A stretch of 64,000 nt of DNA from a virus: IMG/VR virus record IMGVR_UViG_3300037042_003348, positions 3,965 through 67,964 of that record; one strand, written 5' to 3'. Made by a program: the position numbers and the translations under genes. The notes below the pieces were generated by a model. That model worked only from the letters and a program-made list of their open reading frames with translations. It was not told where the DNA came from and did not search any database. This document shows, piece after piece, positions 19,346-29,468 of this stretch. Every line of letters starts with the position of its first letter. The stretch's first letter is position 1.

Positions 19346-20483
19346 GATCATATTCGAAGACGGCAAGGAGAGCTTCGTTACGCCAGAAGGACAAAGGTTC
19401 AGCCTGGGGCTCGTCCCTGACTTGGACCCACCAAGGTTAACAACGCTAGGACGACTTCTTGGAAGCTTACCGAGTCGCGCCGAACTGGTTGATCTTGTTG
19501 AATCACAAGAGTACCAAAAAAACATTGGTGGCATGGCTCATTTTGACAGCACATGGACAAAGAACCAGAACGGTTGGGGTAAGTGTGCATCCAGCGCGGC
19601 AACTTATGCCGAGGAGAAGGCTCGCTACAGGGGTGGGCAGCCTCGTGTAGAGCTCAGCGATGATTACTTGTACTCTTTGTGTAATGGTGGTCAGGACGCT
19701 GGAGGAACGCTTGGAGAGAACCTCAGAGCAATCACCGAGCGTGGCATCGCAACACGAGCGACTGTGAAGGAGGGACAGATTTATCGTCACATGTACGACA
19801 AGTCGAAGGCCGACAAAGAGGCACTTCGGTTCCGAGCTCACGAAGGCTTTGCCACGCCGAGCGAGCAGGAAGTAGTCGCTGCTTTGGTTGGAGGAAGTCC
19901 TGTGGTCATTGCAATCCATGTCGGACGCAATTGGAGGAACTTTGATAGCCAGGGTGTGTTGATCGGCGACCGAGGGCCAGGGAATCACTCTGAGCACCTC
20001 GATCACGTTCGTTACAACCGTGCCAAAGGTCGATTTGAGTTCCGCGAACATTCGTCTCACGGAAAGGGGCAAGGCGAAGGAGGCTTTTTCTGGGTGACCT
20101 GGGACCAGCATTTGGCCACAGTGCATCCATCCCACACGTTCTACTGCGTCCCGAACGCCATTCAAGATCCGTTCGGTTTGTCTCCAATTGGAGACAAAAA
20201 GCAAGACGACGACCGTGTAGATCCACAACCGATCGCCACTGCACGTTTGGTTATGACCAGTAGTGAGTTCTGCTCCTGGTGCAAGAAGTGGAATCAGATA
20301 GATCGGCCAATCATCCAAAAGGCAAACATTGACATCGTGGCAGGCGAAGTGGCTGGCCAGGGCGTTCCAAGGTTCCGTTTGGAAGTCGGCAGCAAGTCAA
20401 TCGAAAAGGTTGGCTACTGGGAAGCCGATGCGATCCTTCGCGAAGCTGCCAATCTAAAAATGGAACTTGCTTACGATCTCTAA
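19338..20483 (+). CDS. Papain-like (C1) cysteine peptidase fused to a C-terminal thioredoxin-like CxxC domain
   Basis: 'KNQNGWGKCASSA' (oxyanion Gln, catalytic Cys), 'LSDDYLY..CNGGQDAGG', 'GNHS' His; 'FCSWCKKW..GVPRF'; AAGGAGGTG RBS with GTG start. Confidence 0.75.
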   Translation: MSEIIFEDGKESFVTPEGQRFSLGLVPDLDPPRLTTLGRLLGSLPSRAELVDLVESQEYQKNIGGMAHFDSTWTKNQNGWGKCASSAATYAEEKARYRGGQPRVELSDDYLYSLCNGGQDAGGTLGENLRAITERGIATRATVKEGQIYRHMYDKSKADKEALRFRAHEGFATPSEQEVVAALVGGSPVVIAIHVGRNWRNFDSQGVLIGDRGPGNHSEHLDHVRYNRAKGRFEFREHSSHGKGQGEGGFFWVTWDQHLATVHPSHTFYCVPNAIQDPFGLSPIGDKKQDDDRVDPQPIATARLVMTSSEFCSWCKKWNQIDRPIIQKANIDIVAGEVAGQGVPRFRLEVGSKSIEKVGYWEADAILREAANLKMELAYDL

Positions 20484-20512
20484 AAAACTCCAAAATAATT
20501 CCCAAGGTGCTA

Positions 20513-20540
20513 TTGCACGCTGAGGGGTCCATGCTAAGAT
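20513..20540 (+). promoter_or_regulatory. Putative sigma70-type promoter of the replication module
   Basis: TTGCAC-16-TAAGAT with extended -10 TG; intergenic. Confidence 0.5.
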
Positions 20541-20598
20541 CTATTGCGTCATGACAACTTCGTCATGGCGACGGTTTTAGCATCTTGGGAGATTTGCT

Positions 20599-21432
20599 AT
20601 GGTTGTAAAGTTCCGTGCGTCGTCTGCTGGCAATCTGCTGGTCGGCGGCAACGCGATCACTGATTCGCAGCTAGCTAGGCTGCAAGAACTTGCGGGTCGA
20701 AAATTCGATTCTGAGCAGGCTGATTCAAAGGTTAAGCCTTTGACCGATAAGATGGAGCTGGAGCTCGCTGAGTTGATTGAGAAGCGAGACGGCCCACATA
20801 AGTTTGGCACTACTGCTTTGTCCTACATTCGCGACGTATGGCTCAAGAACAATTTCGGTTACGAAGAGCCTGTAGCTACGCCAGAGATGCTTAAAGGCAT
20901 CATGTGTGAAGATGATGCGATTGATATTGTGTCTCGCACGATTCCTGGTGGCTTTCGCCTTAAGAATGAAGACTCATTCGAGGATGATCACTTCACTGGC
21001 ACTCCAGACGTTATCTTGGATGATGAATGGGTGGAAGATATTAAGTGCTCGTGGACGATCAGGACGTTCTTCGACACGGTCAAGCCTGACCCTCTTTATT
21101 ACTCACAGGGTCAAGTTTACTTAGCACTCTCTGAACGAACTCGCTTTCGCTTGATTCACGTTTTGCTAGATACCCCAACTGAGCTCGTTGAAGAAGAGCG
21201 AAAAAGGTTCTTCTATCGGTTTGGTTGTAACGAGAATAACCCTCGCTATATCGAGGCCAGCAAAAGGCTGGACATGATGCATTACGCCAGTCGCTTGGTT
21301 CCAGAAGATCAGCGAATAAAATGCTTCGAGTTTGCTCGAAACGAAAAACACATCAGCAACTTGCGATCTCACGCGGAGCTCGCTAGACAGGTCTACAGCA
21401 CATTAACATTAGGTGGTGGTTATCATGAGTGA
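20599..21432 (+). CDS. YqaJ/lambda-exonuclease-like PD-(D/E)xK nuclease
   Basis: 'FRASS', 'GIMCE', 'GTPDV..EDIKCSW', 'YYSQGQVY'. Confidence 0.8.
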   Translation: MVVKFRASSAGNLLVGGNAITDSQLARLQELAGRKFDSEQADSKVKPLTDKMELELAELIEKRDGPHKFGTTALSYIRDVWLKNNFGYEEPVATPEMLKGIMCEDDAIDIVSRTIPGGFRLKNEDSFEDDHFTGTPDVILDDEWVEDIKCSWTIRTFFDTVKPDPLYYSQGQVYLALSERTRFRLIHVLLDTPTELVEEERKRFFYRFGCNENNPRYIEASKRLDMMHYASRLVPEDQRIKCFEFARNEKHISNLRSHAELARQVYSTLTLGGGYHE

Positions 21433-22297
21433 AGTAAAGGTAAAGAATCTGCATCAGCGACTTGTTGAAGTCATGCGAACGATGGGTGCGGTTGGTAAGG
21501 GCGGGAAGACGAACTACGGCGATAAGTTCGAGTATCACCGCATTGACGATGTTGACGCAGCCTTGCGTGAAGCATTGGTTGAGCATGGTGTCGTGGCTTT
21601 GATGGTTAATGTTGGCGATCGCCAGTCTGAAAGGCATCTTGAAGTCGACAAGTACAACAATCCAAGAACGCTTTATCAGACCGAGTGCGTGGTCACGATC
21701 AGGTTCTTCAACGCTGACGACCCAGCAGACACGGTTGATATTGTTGGATGGGGGCAAGGTCTTGATTACCAGGACAAAGCCACAGGAAAAGCGATCTCGT
21801 ACGCAGCCAAGTCTGCTTATCTTTCATCGCTGCACCTGCGAGGCCAGCCTGATAATGAGGCTGATAACATTCCAGCTCCTGTCGTGAAGAATGCACCTGC
21901 GACAGTGCCGCCACCGGCGAAGCCAGCAGCTACAAAGCCAGCTGCACCAAAGCCGTCAGTGCAGATCCCTAAGAAGGTTGAGTTACCAGACTACGACAGT
22001 CTTCCACTGAAGGCGAGAGAGTGTGTTGACGGCATTCGAGGATCTGATGGAATAGAGAGTCTTTTGGCTCTTGTTCCTGGTTTCAAAGAAGAGACTCGTG
22101 AGGTTCAGAATCTTGTCAAACCCTACTTTGAAGAGCAGAAAAAGGTGCACTATGCGAACGACATCAGCCGATGCCAAGACATAGCTTCACTAAAGAAGCT
22201 CGGTGCGGAGATCTCTGCTGAAAAGAATGCAGATTTATTTGCCGCATTGAAGGGTTTGTACGCGGCACAAGATAGTGCTTTGAAAGCGAGTTCGTAA
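21425..22297 (+). CDS. erf: ERF-family single-strand annealing recombinase
   Basis: 'GQGLDYQDKATGKAISYAAKSAYL' ERF signature; paired with the exonuclease. Confidence 0.85.
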   Translation: MSEVKVKNLHQRLVEVMRTMGAVGKGGKTNYGDKFEYHRIDDVDAALREALVEHGVVALMVNVGDRQSERHLEVDKYNNPRTLYQTECVVTIRFFNADDPADTVDIVGWGQGLDYQDKATGKAISYAAKSAYLSSLHLRGQPDNEADNIPAPVVKNAPATVPPPAKPAATKPAAPKPSVQIPKKVELPDYDSLPLKARECVDGIRGSDGIESLLALVPGFKEETREVQNLVKPYFEEQKKVHYANDISRCQDIASLKKLGAEISAEKNADLFAALKGLYAAQDSALKASS

Positions 22298-22488
22298 TGA
22301 GTAAGCAAGTGTACATCGGGCCGCAAGGTCAAAAGGCCACTGTCCTGCGTGAGGACGAATCTAGCGTAACGTTGCTGATCGTAGTTAAGTACAGTGAGGA
22401 TCCACATCAATGGACTTCGACTCGACGCAACTTCGAATCGCGATGGAAGCCGTTTGTGAGCGAATGCGATGATGTCGCATCCGTATAG
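22297..22488 (+). CDS. Hypothetical protein
   Basis: TAATG coupling to erf. Confidence 0.55.
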   Translation: MSKQVYIGPQGQKATVLREDESSVTLLIVVKYSEDPHQWTSTRRNFESRWKPFVSECDDVASV

Positions 22489-22515
22489 TTTTGTTTTAGT
22501 AACTTTAATTGGAGA

Positions 22516-22878
22516 ATGAAGATGTCAGTAGAACGAGTAGCAGTTGTGCATGATGACGAGTTGGCAGCAATCAAGGACAGTCGGCAGCGAGATCTGCCGT
22601 TGTTCTCTTTGATCAGGCCGTTCGCCGTCTCGGCTGAAGAAGAGAAGCAGCCGTTGTGGATCGTGGCGGTGAGCGAGCACCAAGCAAACCTTGCCTTGGT
22701 AGATTACCTGTTCCCTATTGAGAAGTGTGCCAAGAAGGATCGCGACGAACGCTATACCGAGCTGCTCGAGCTTGCTGTGGGTGAGATCGCCAAGGATGAG
22801 GCTGCAGCAGATCAGGCAGCTGTCGACCTTCGTGGTGTGCTTGGCGAAGCCGTCAGTGATCTTGTTATTGGCGGCTGA
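22516..22878 (+). CDS. Hypothetical protein
   Basis: GGAG RBS; operon position. Confidence 0.55.
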   Translation: MKMSVERVAVVHDDELAAIKDSRQRDLPLFSLIRPFAVSAEEEKQPLWIVAVSEHQANLALVDYLFPIEKCAKKDRDERYTELLELAVGEIAKDEAAADQAAVDLRGVLGEAVSDLVIGG

Positions 22879-23074
22879 ACAGAAGAAGACTGCCCAGACT
22901 TTAAGTTCGTCGAGATTAGTCCTCGGCGAGCTGCTCGTGGCGCAAGGGCTGCGAGAATGGAAGTCGATGGAGAGTGGATGTGGATGTCGACGTTTGACCT
23001 TCACCTTAATGTTCGTGATTTTGGACCGCACCTAGAGCTGATTAAAGCATTGGGTGCCTACAAGCGAGGGTGAG

Positions 23075-23878
23075 ATGGGCAAAGCAGAATTATCAAACGT
23101 ATTAAGCATGACCGAGTTACAGTCTTTTCAGTCGCTGGAAAAAGTGATTTTGCGTGGCGTCGAGTCGTTCCTAGCAACCGGATCAGCTCTGAAGGAGATT
23201 CGAGACAGGAAGCTGTTTCGAGAAGACTTCCAGACGTTCGAGGCGTACGTGAAAGACAGATGGGGCTTCCGTAAAAGCAGGGCTTACCAGTTGATTGATG
23301 CGGCTGACATCAAGGCGGATTTGTCCACCATGGTGGACAAAAACCCAAAGCTTAGTGAGATCAATACTGAGCGGCAACTACGAGAGCTTGCGTCTGTTCC
23401 TGCCGACTCGCTTGAAAAGGTTCTTGGAAAAGCAGCTGAGATCGCTGGAGACGAGCCAATGACCTCTAAGATCATCAAGGAGGCTCGCGAGCAAGTTCTT
23501 CCAGAAGAGCCAGATGATGAAGAGCTCGATTGGCTTGGCGTGCCTGACGAGCCAGAGGAGCCAGTCTTTGAAGATGTTGAACCTGAGCCTGAGCCTGAAC
23601 TGACAGGTCCACTGCAATGTGTTCCTTGGTTTAAGGAACAGCTAAAGATTATCAATGAGCTCAAGCGTAATCTTAATCAAGTCAAAGAGTCGCTTGGGAA
23701 CGAACTGTTCTTTTCTAGGCGGAACACCATCCTTCGCGAGGTGGAGCACGTCAAGGGAGGGCTGCTTGCAGCAATGCCTCACGCGATCTGTCCGAGGTGT
23801 AATGGGAAGCGCTGTGCCCAATGTGGAAACATGGGCTGGGTAAACAAGCAACGATACGACGAACTAGAGGTTAAGTAA
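23075..23878 (+). CDS. Putative DNA-binding protein with C-terminal Zn finger
   Basis: N-terminal 'GSALKEIRDRKLF..TFEAYVKDRWGFRKSRAYQLI' motif common in phage replication regions; CPRC..CAQC. Confidence 0.6.
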   Translation: MGKAELSNVLSMTELQSFQSLEKVILRGVESFLATGSALKEIRDRKLFREDFQTFEAYVKDRWGFRKSRAYQLIDAADIKADLSTMVDKNPKLSEINTERQLRELASVPADSLEKVLGKAAEIAGDEPMTSKIIKEAREQVLPEEPDDEELDWLGVPDEPEEPVFEDVEPEPEPELTGPLQCVPWFKEQLKIINELKRNLNQVKESLGNELFFSRRNTILREVEHVKGGLLAAMPHAICPRCNGKRCAQCGNMGWVNKQRYDELEVK

Positions 23879-23887
23879 GGTGGAAAC

Positions 23888-25517
23888 ATGGCAGCAGACA
23901 TTACCTTTCGAGACTACCAGCTCGACGCAATCAGGAGCATCTATCGTGACTGTGGACTACTCCCAGCAGGACCAAGTACTGACGAGATCGTTGCTTGTTG
24001 TGGCGGCGACTGGACTCGGCAAGACAGTGATCATGGGAGGGCTGGCTCGGAGTTGGCCGGTGGGTCGAGTGATGATGATTTCGCACCGTTTTGAGCTCAA
24101 CACCCAAGCGATCAAATCGTTCGAATGGATCTGCGGCGAAGACGTAGATCTCGAGCAGGCTGAGTTCGTGGCTGATCAACGGTCTGTCCCTACTCGGATA
24201 GTTGTTGCGTCTGTCCAGTCTCTCAACAGCAAACGCAAAAGCCACTATCGCATGGAGAAGTTCGATCCTAATGAGTTCGGCTTGTTGCTTATTGATGAGG
24301 CTCACCGATCGGCAGCTGTAAGCTATCGAAGAATCATCGAATACATGCAGAAGAATCCGAATCTGGTTGTGATCGGAGTTACTGCTACTCCTGACAGGCT
24401 GGATGGTGTCGGTCTTGGTTGTGTGTACGAAAAAGTGTCTTGCAACCTGGATATGTTGTGGGGTGTTAACAACGGATGGCTTGTGTCGCCTCGTCAGGTG
24501 ATCATTGAGCTCGAGCGATTGGATCTTACGAAGATTAAGACCGTTGGTGGTGACCTTGATGAGAAGCAGCTTGCGAAGGCTGTTATGGACGAGGAGAACC
24601 TACACGGTATGGCTAAGCCTATTGTGGACTTCGCTGGTAAAGATAAGCAGTCGATCGTATTTGCAGCGTCAGTAGAGCACGCGACAAGGCTTGCAGAGCT
24701 GATTCGCGATTACTGGGTGAGGGAGCATGGACCTACGGAAGATCAGATAGCTGTTTCGATCGATGGTTCACTGCCACCGCAACATCCTAGACGAGTTCAG
24801 ATAGTTAAAGACTTCAAAGAAGGAAGGATTCAGTTCCTTTGCAACTGCGGAGTAGCAACAGAAGGTTTCGATGCACCGAACGTAAAGCTAGTTGCGATCG
24901 GTCGGCCGACGAAATCTAGAGCTATGTACACACAGATGATTGGTCGCGGAACAAGGCCTCTCGTGGGTGTTGTTGATCAACTTGGTATGACAGTAGCAGA
25001 CAGACTTGCGGCGATCGAGGCAAGCAACAAGAAGCATGTTGACGTACTTGACTTCGTTGGTCAGTCAGGACATCACAAGCTGATATGCACAGCAAGTATC
25101 CTCGCTGGAGATGAGCCACCTGATATCGTCGAGCGAGCAAACAAGATTAGCAGCCAGAAAGAGTTCACCGGATCAACCCTCGATGCTATCGAAGAAGCTA
25201 AAGAAGCTAAGCGACTTGAAAAGGAAGCGAAGCGAAAGAAGGTGACTGTTGGAGTCGAGTACAGAACGAGAGAGCAATCGGAAGGTGTGTGGAGGCTTGA
25301 TGAGATGCCGGCAACATCAACGCCAGGATTCTTGATGCGAAAGAGACCAAGTGAGAATCAGGCTAAGATGCTTATCCGATTAGGTTTTACTACCGCGCAG
25401 ATCGAGTCAATGACGATTCGTCAGGCGTCGTCCAACATCGATCATGCTATTCGCAATCCTCGAACAAGCTTCGCTAAGTGGCTTAACGAGCAGAAGCGAA
25501 AAAACGGAGAGTTGTAG
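23888..25517 (+). CDS. SF2 DEAD/DEAH (Res-III-like) helicase, split by a frameshift near 23990
   Basis: Q-motif 'FRDYQ' in the frame starting at 23888; Walker A 'AATGLGKT', DEAH, TAT, 'EGFDAP', 'QMIGRGTR' in the +1 frame. Confidence 0.85.
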
Positions 25518-25539
25518 TATTGTTTTCAAAACAGGAGAA

Positions 25540-25848
25540 ATGCAGATGGCAACAAAAGTTAAGAAGCTTACGGATGAGCAGCGATTCATAGCTGCAAAGA
25601 AGCTCTGTGAAATGGATTTTCAGTTGTGGTTCAAGTCGTTAAACAAATCGCAGGCTTTACTAGAGCTTGAAGAAGCCTGTGGGTTCAGAATGAGTCCAGG
25701 GGCGTTTAAGTCGATACGCGAAGAGGAACGCGACAATAACCGGCTGAAGTGGTTTACGGTTCAGCGACGACCGAAGCCTTCGAGCGTGAAGCTTCTTAAG
25801 TCTGAAGAATGGGAACGCACTGAAAAGTGCTTAGGTTGGATGGAATAA
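25540..25848 (+). CDS. Hypothetical protein
   Basis: ACAGGAG RBS. Confidence 0.55.
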   Translation: MQMATKVKKLTDEQRFIAAKKLCEMDFQLWFKSLNKSQALLELEEACGFRMSPGAFKSIREEERDNNRLKWFTVQRRPKPSSVKLLKSEEWERTEKCLGWME

Positions 25849-25857
25849 AGGCAAACT

Positions 25858-26415
25858 ATGAACAAGTATGAATTGATAAGCCCAAAAACTAATCAGCCAT
25901 GCGGTGTCTTTGTGTGCGGAGAATGCAATATTGTTCGTCCAAAGGACTTGGTTGACCAATGTTGTTTGCCTTGCGATTGTGGAAAACCATCACGTAATCG
26001 ATTCGAAGCGAAGTGCTCAGATTGCGCACACGTTGAATACGCACAGCGGCGAGCGAAGCAGCTAGAAGAGGCTGAGTTGGTTGAGTGGGACGGAGAGTCT
26101 ATGATTTTCAGCGAAGAAGTCAGTGGACATCGCGATGGTTGGTTTGATTCACCAGACGATCTTGCTGACTACATGGCAGGCGAAGGAGATGATGACTGCC
26201 CAGAGTTTGCGTTCCTTGGTCGCAAGTCAGTTAAAGAACTTGATTTGTATCGATCGATTGAACAGATGACTGAAGATACATACGAGGATGCTGAGCTACA
26301 CGTACCTCTTGAAGATATGTCGCCTCTTATAGCAGCAGTGGGTTTTTTCAACGCAAAATATGCGGTGACGTACTACGAGCATGACTACAAACGGAAAGTT
26401 CGTGTTAGACCATGA
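25858..26415 (+). CDS. Hypothetical Cys-rich protein
   Basis: Multiple CxxC motifs; operon position. Confidence 0.6.
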   Translation: MNKYELISPKTNQPCGVFVCGECNIVRPKDLVDQCCLPCDCGKPSRNRFEAKCSDCAHVEYAQRRAKQLEEAELVEWDGESMIFSEEVSGHRDGWFDSPDDLADYMAGEGDDDCPEFAFLGRKSVKELDLYRSIEQMTEDTYEDAELHVPLEDMSPLIAAVGFFNAKYAVTYYEHDYKRKVRVRP

Positions 26416-26753
26416 CAAAAAACGTGTTTTGGTCGACTCTGGCTACTCTCGATGATCTCGGTCACGGGAGTAGCTTAGAGGTGCTTATAATTTACACCGT
26501 CAATCCAGCAGAGCCAATGGTGCGATACGATCGCGACGGATCTGGCTATCCAGGTTGTGATGCATCAGCTGAGTTGTGCAGCGTCAGCGTCATCAGGTGG
26601 GACGTTGGTGATGAGGAACGAAAGCCAGATGATCATTGGATCTGGTTATCACTCACTGAGATTGCTACTAAGGCAGTGGCAGAACAGTGGAGATCTAGAT
26701 TCGAAGATTTGTGCCTCGAGGAGATTAGTGATTACTTGGAGGGGGAATTCTGA
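26412..26753 (+). CDS. Hypothetical protein
   Basis: ATGA overlap with upstream gene. Confidence 0.6.
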   Translation: MTKNVFWSTLATLDDLGHGSSLEVLIIYTVNPAEPMVRYDRDGSGYPGCDASAELCSVSVIRWDVGDEERKPDDHWIWLSLTEIATKAVAEQWRSRFEDLCLEEISDYLEGEF

Positions 26754-27622
26754 TGGCTGGCGAATGGAGGCGAGTGTCGAGAAAGGAACCGTGTCCAGTC
26801 TGTGGTAAGCCCGATTATTGCACTCGAAAGGCTAATGGAGAGGTTGTGCTATGCATGCGAGTCGAGTCGGACAAGCCTGCTAAAGAAGGACAGGGAGTAG
26901 GTGGGTGGATACACTTGCTTAAAAACCCTCTGCCTCCTTTGCCGCTGGCTAAACCAGTCGAGAAGAAGGCTGATTGGACTAAAGAATGCCGAGCTATGTT
27001 TAATCATCCAGAGGCACATTCAAAGCGATGTGCAGTGGCTGACTTATTGTCGGTTAGTGTGGATTCGCTAGAGATGTTGCGAGTTGGGATCGGGTGGGAT
27101 GAATGGAATGGTGCCGAGTTCTCGAGTTGGCCTAGCAGGGACAACAACGGAATGGTTATTGGCTACGTTCGAAGATACGATGATGGTTCGAAGCGGACGA
27201 ATCTTGGAGGGTCCACAGGAGTGTTCTACACTGCCGAATGGTTCTCGAGACCTGGACCGCTCTGGATCGTCGAAGGAGGGTCTGATGTGGCTGCATGTGA
27301 GTCATCTGGCCTGTCGGCGATCGGACGCGCTAGCAACACACATGGAGGCCAGTACATCGAGAAAATGATTAAGCAGTGCTGCCCAAACAAGAAGGTTATT
27401 GTGGTGGGTGAGCGAGACGAAGCACCTGATCGCCGAGGTGTTGTCCCGAGCTGCACTACAAGCTGTCGTGGCTGTGCTTTTTGCTGGCCAGGACTGTATG
27501 GCGCGAAGAAGGTGGCGGCTGAGATGCAAGCGTCATGGGTGCTTGTGCCGAGGCCATACAAGGACATGAGAGAGCTATTAGCCGCAGGTGGTCTGTGGCT
27601 TGACTTGATGGAATTATTTTAA
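26753..27622 (+). CDS. DNA primase (Zn-binding + TOPRIM)
   Basis: CPVCGKPDYC..C zinc domain; TOPRIM 'WIVEGGSD', 'GERD', 'YKDMRE'. Confidence 0.8.
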   Translation: MAGEWRRVSRKEPCPVCGKPDYCTRKANGEVVLCMRVESDKPAKEGQGVGGWIHLLKNPLPPLPLAKPVEKKADWTKECRAMFNHPEAHSKRCAVADLLSVSVDSLEMLRVGIGWDEWNGAEFSSWPSRDNNGMVIGYVRRYDDGSKRTNLGGSTGVFYTAEWFSRPGPLWIVEGGSDVAACESSGLSAIGRASNTHGGQYIEKMIKQCCPNKKVIVVGERDEAPDRRGVVPSCTTSCRGCAFCWPGLYGAKKVAAEMQASWVLVPRPYKDMRELLAAGGLWLDLMELF

Positions 27623-27636
27623 GTGGAGATTAGTTA

Positions 27637-28083
27637 ATGAAGAGCAATGACATAGCGTTGGGAGATATGACGTTGAGGGATCATTTTGCAGCTGAGGCAA
27701 TGAGCGGTTGGCTGGCAACATTCGGTCCTGACAATACGCATCCTGCAACTAACCATCATCATCCAGATGCGAGCTTTAATATCGCTGAAGCCAGTTACAT
27801 CATAGCTGATGCTATGCTTGCAGCAAGGAAGCCAAGGATCAAAGATACCCACGTCGATTCCGAGCCTGACCCTTTTTCCTTGGTGCTATTCGTTGGTGGA
27901 ACGCTCGAGGGAATGCAACCCATGAAGACGTTGCCACGGTACATTGATCATGAAAGCGAACAGTATCACCGGTATGATATCGAGATCGATGGCGTTCTGG
28001 TTAAGGTCTTTTACGTTTGGTCTGGGTTGACCAAAGAGGCTGCGTCCCAGTCAGTAGATATTGTTTTTGGAAAGAAGCAATGA
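27637..28083 (+). CDS. Hypothetical phage protein
   Basis: Common phage motif 'MTLRDHFAAEAM..SYIIADAMLAAR'. Confidence 0.65.
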   Translation: MKSNDIALGDMTLRDHFAAEAMSGWLATFGPDNTHPATNHHHPDASFNIAEASYIIADAMLAARKPRIKDTHVDSEPDPFSLVLFVGGTLEGMQPMKTLPRYIDHESEQYHRYDIEIDGVLVKVFYVWSGLTKEAASQSVDIVFGKKQ

Positions 28084-28454
28084 AGCGAAAGCTAGTACCG
28101 AGGACCAGGGCAGGTGGGACCATGACAGAGGCTCAATTTTGGGCCTTCTTACGGTCCAACCTGCGATTGGCGTCCAGGAAGTGGGCACCGCGTAAACAGG
28201 TGGAGATTGCAGCCAGGAGGCCAAGCCAGAGCGATAACAAGAAGTTGAAGTGGGAATACCAGTGCTCAGGATGCGGCGGCTGGTTCCCCCACAAAGAAAC
28301 AGCAGTCGACCATATCGTCCCTGCTGGCACATTGCTTTCGTTTGCGGACGTAGCAGGATTCGTCGAGAGATTATTTTGTGAACCAAACGGTCTGGTGGTG
28401 CTATGCGAGCGGTGCCATCATACCAAAACTTATAGCTCGAAAGAGGAAGAATAG
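28080..28454 (+). CDS. HNH endonuclease
   Basis: 'YQCSGC..VDHIVP..LCERCHHTKT'. Confidence 0.8.
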   Translation: MKRKLVPRTRAGGTMTEAQFWAFLRSNLRLASRKWAPRKQVEIAARRPSQSDNKKLKWEYQCSGCGGWFPHKETAVDHIVPAGTLLSFADVAGFVERLFCEPNGLVVLCERCHHTKTYSSKEEE

Positions 28455-28455
28455 C

Positions 28456-28710
28456 ATGGCGTACGAACAACGAGACAACAGCGGATCTCTCTTCAAGAAC
28501 GATCGCAAAGAAGAAGGGTCCAATCATGCCGATTGGAATGGAACAGTGCTGATCGGTGGTCGTGAATATTGGATCAATGCATGGACGAAGCAGGGCAAGA
28601 GCGGATCCGAGTTCTATAGCCTGTCTTTCAAGCCTAAGCAAGGTGGTGGTGGAGGTGGTGGAGGTGCTCCGAGACAACAGCCCTCGAACAGCGATCAGGC
28701 TCCTTTCTAA
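28456..28710 (+). CDS. Short single-stranded DNA-binding protein
   Basis: 'GSLFKNDRK..DWNG..YWINAW..FYSLS'; Gly linker; DQAPF tail. Confidence 0.7.
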   Translation: MAYEQRDNSGSLFKNDRKEEGSNHADWNGTVLIGGREYWINAWTKQGKSGSEFYSLSFKPKQGGGGGGGGAPRQQPSNSDQAPF

Positions 28711-28719
28711 GGCGTCCCA

Positions 28720-28926
28720 ATGAAACCAGCAGACAAGCTATTAAAAGTCGAAGAGGTCGCCAGCAAGATGCGCGTCAACCGCCGCACCGTGCAGACCTGG
28801 ATCGATAGTGGAAATCTGGCCGCGACTGATGTGCGGCCGGATGGGGCTCAACGTGCCATGTGGCGAATTGAGTCAAGCGATCTCGTGCAATTCGCTAAGA
28901 GACGCAAGAAAGAACGCCAGAGCTAA
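28720..28926 (+). CDS. Excisionase-like helix-turn-helix protein
   Basis: 'LLKVEEVASKMRVNRRTVQTWIDSGNLAA..WRI'. Confidence 0.8.
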   Translation: MKPADKLLKVEEVASKMRVNRRTVQTWIDSGNLAATDVRPDGAQRAMWRIESSDLVQFAKRRKKERQS

Positions 28927-28965
28927 CTTCAGCTTTGGTAAAACGACTTTACGAAAGACAAGATC

Positions 28966-29265
28966 ATGATCCCAAGACTTATCTCGATGTTCGCATTGGC
29001 TGTGTTGGCCTCGAATACATTCGCGCAAGATCCTCTTGCAAGCAGCACCTCCTACACGATCGGCAATATCACATACGCAACCTACGAGACTCCTAGAGGG
29101 CGGGTGACTGCAAGTTATCAGAAGATCGGTAACTTTGAGTACGGAACCTACAGCAATGGAGCCACCTCAACTACTCATCAGATTGGAAGGTTCCGTTACA
29201 CGGACTATCGTGAGCCATCTCGCTGGACACCAAGTCAGTACGTTCCGACTTATCGTCGACGGTAA
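28966..29265 (+). CDS. Secreted hypothetical protein with beta-hairpin repeats
   Basis: Signal peptide; three IG(N/R)xxY repeats. Confidence 0.6.
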   Translation: MIPRLISMFALAVLASNTFAQDPLASSTSYTIGNITYATYETPRGRVTASYQKIGNFEYGTYSNGATSTTHQIGRFRYTDYREPSRWTPSQYVPTYRRR

Positions 29266-29348
29266 TGCAATGATTATCCAGTCGCGGCAGCAACGCATCC
29301 ACTGCCTAGCGACTGTTTACGCGACTTGGATGCAATCAATTGTTCACC
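29260..29348 (-). mobile_element. attC-like site 1 (partly degenerate)
   Basis: Minus strand: GGTGAAC-AATTG-ATTGCATC..stem..GGATAAT-CATTGC-ATTACCG (R''-5-L''...L'-6-R' geometry; GTT replaced by ATT). Confidence 0.55.
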
Positions 29349-29468
29349 GTCGATGAAGTACCGATTGATTCTGATTACTACCGAGACACCTCCAGACGGA
29401 ACAGTCGGCATTGTATTCACGGAAGACTTTTTACGACCAAAGCGATATTACTGGTTAGTGGAGAAAAC

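Noticed and set aside
23880-23990. Track start METWQQTLPF for the helicase
   Set aside because: The Q-motif and SD are in the frame starting at 23888
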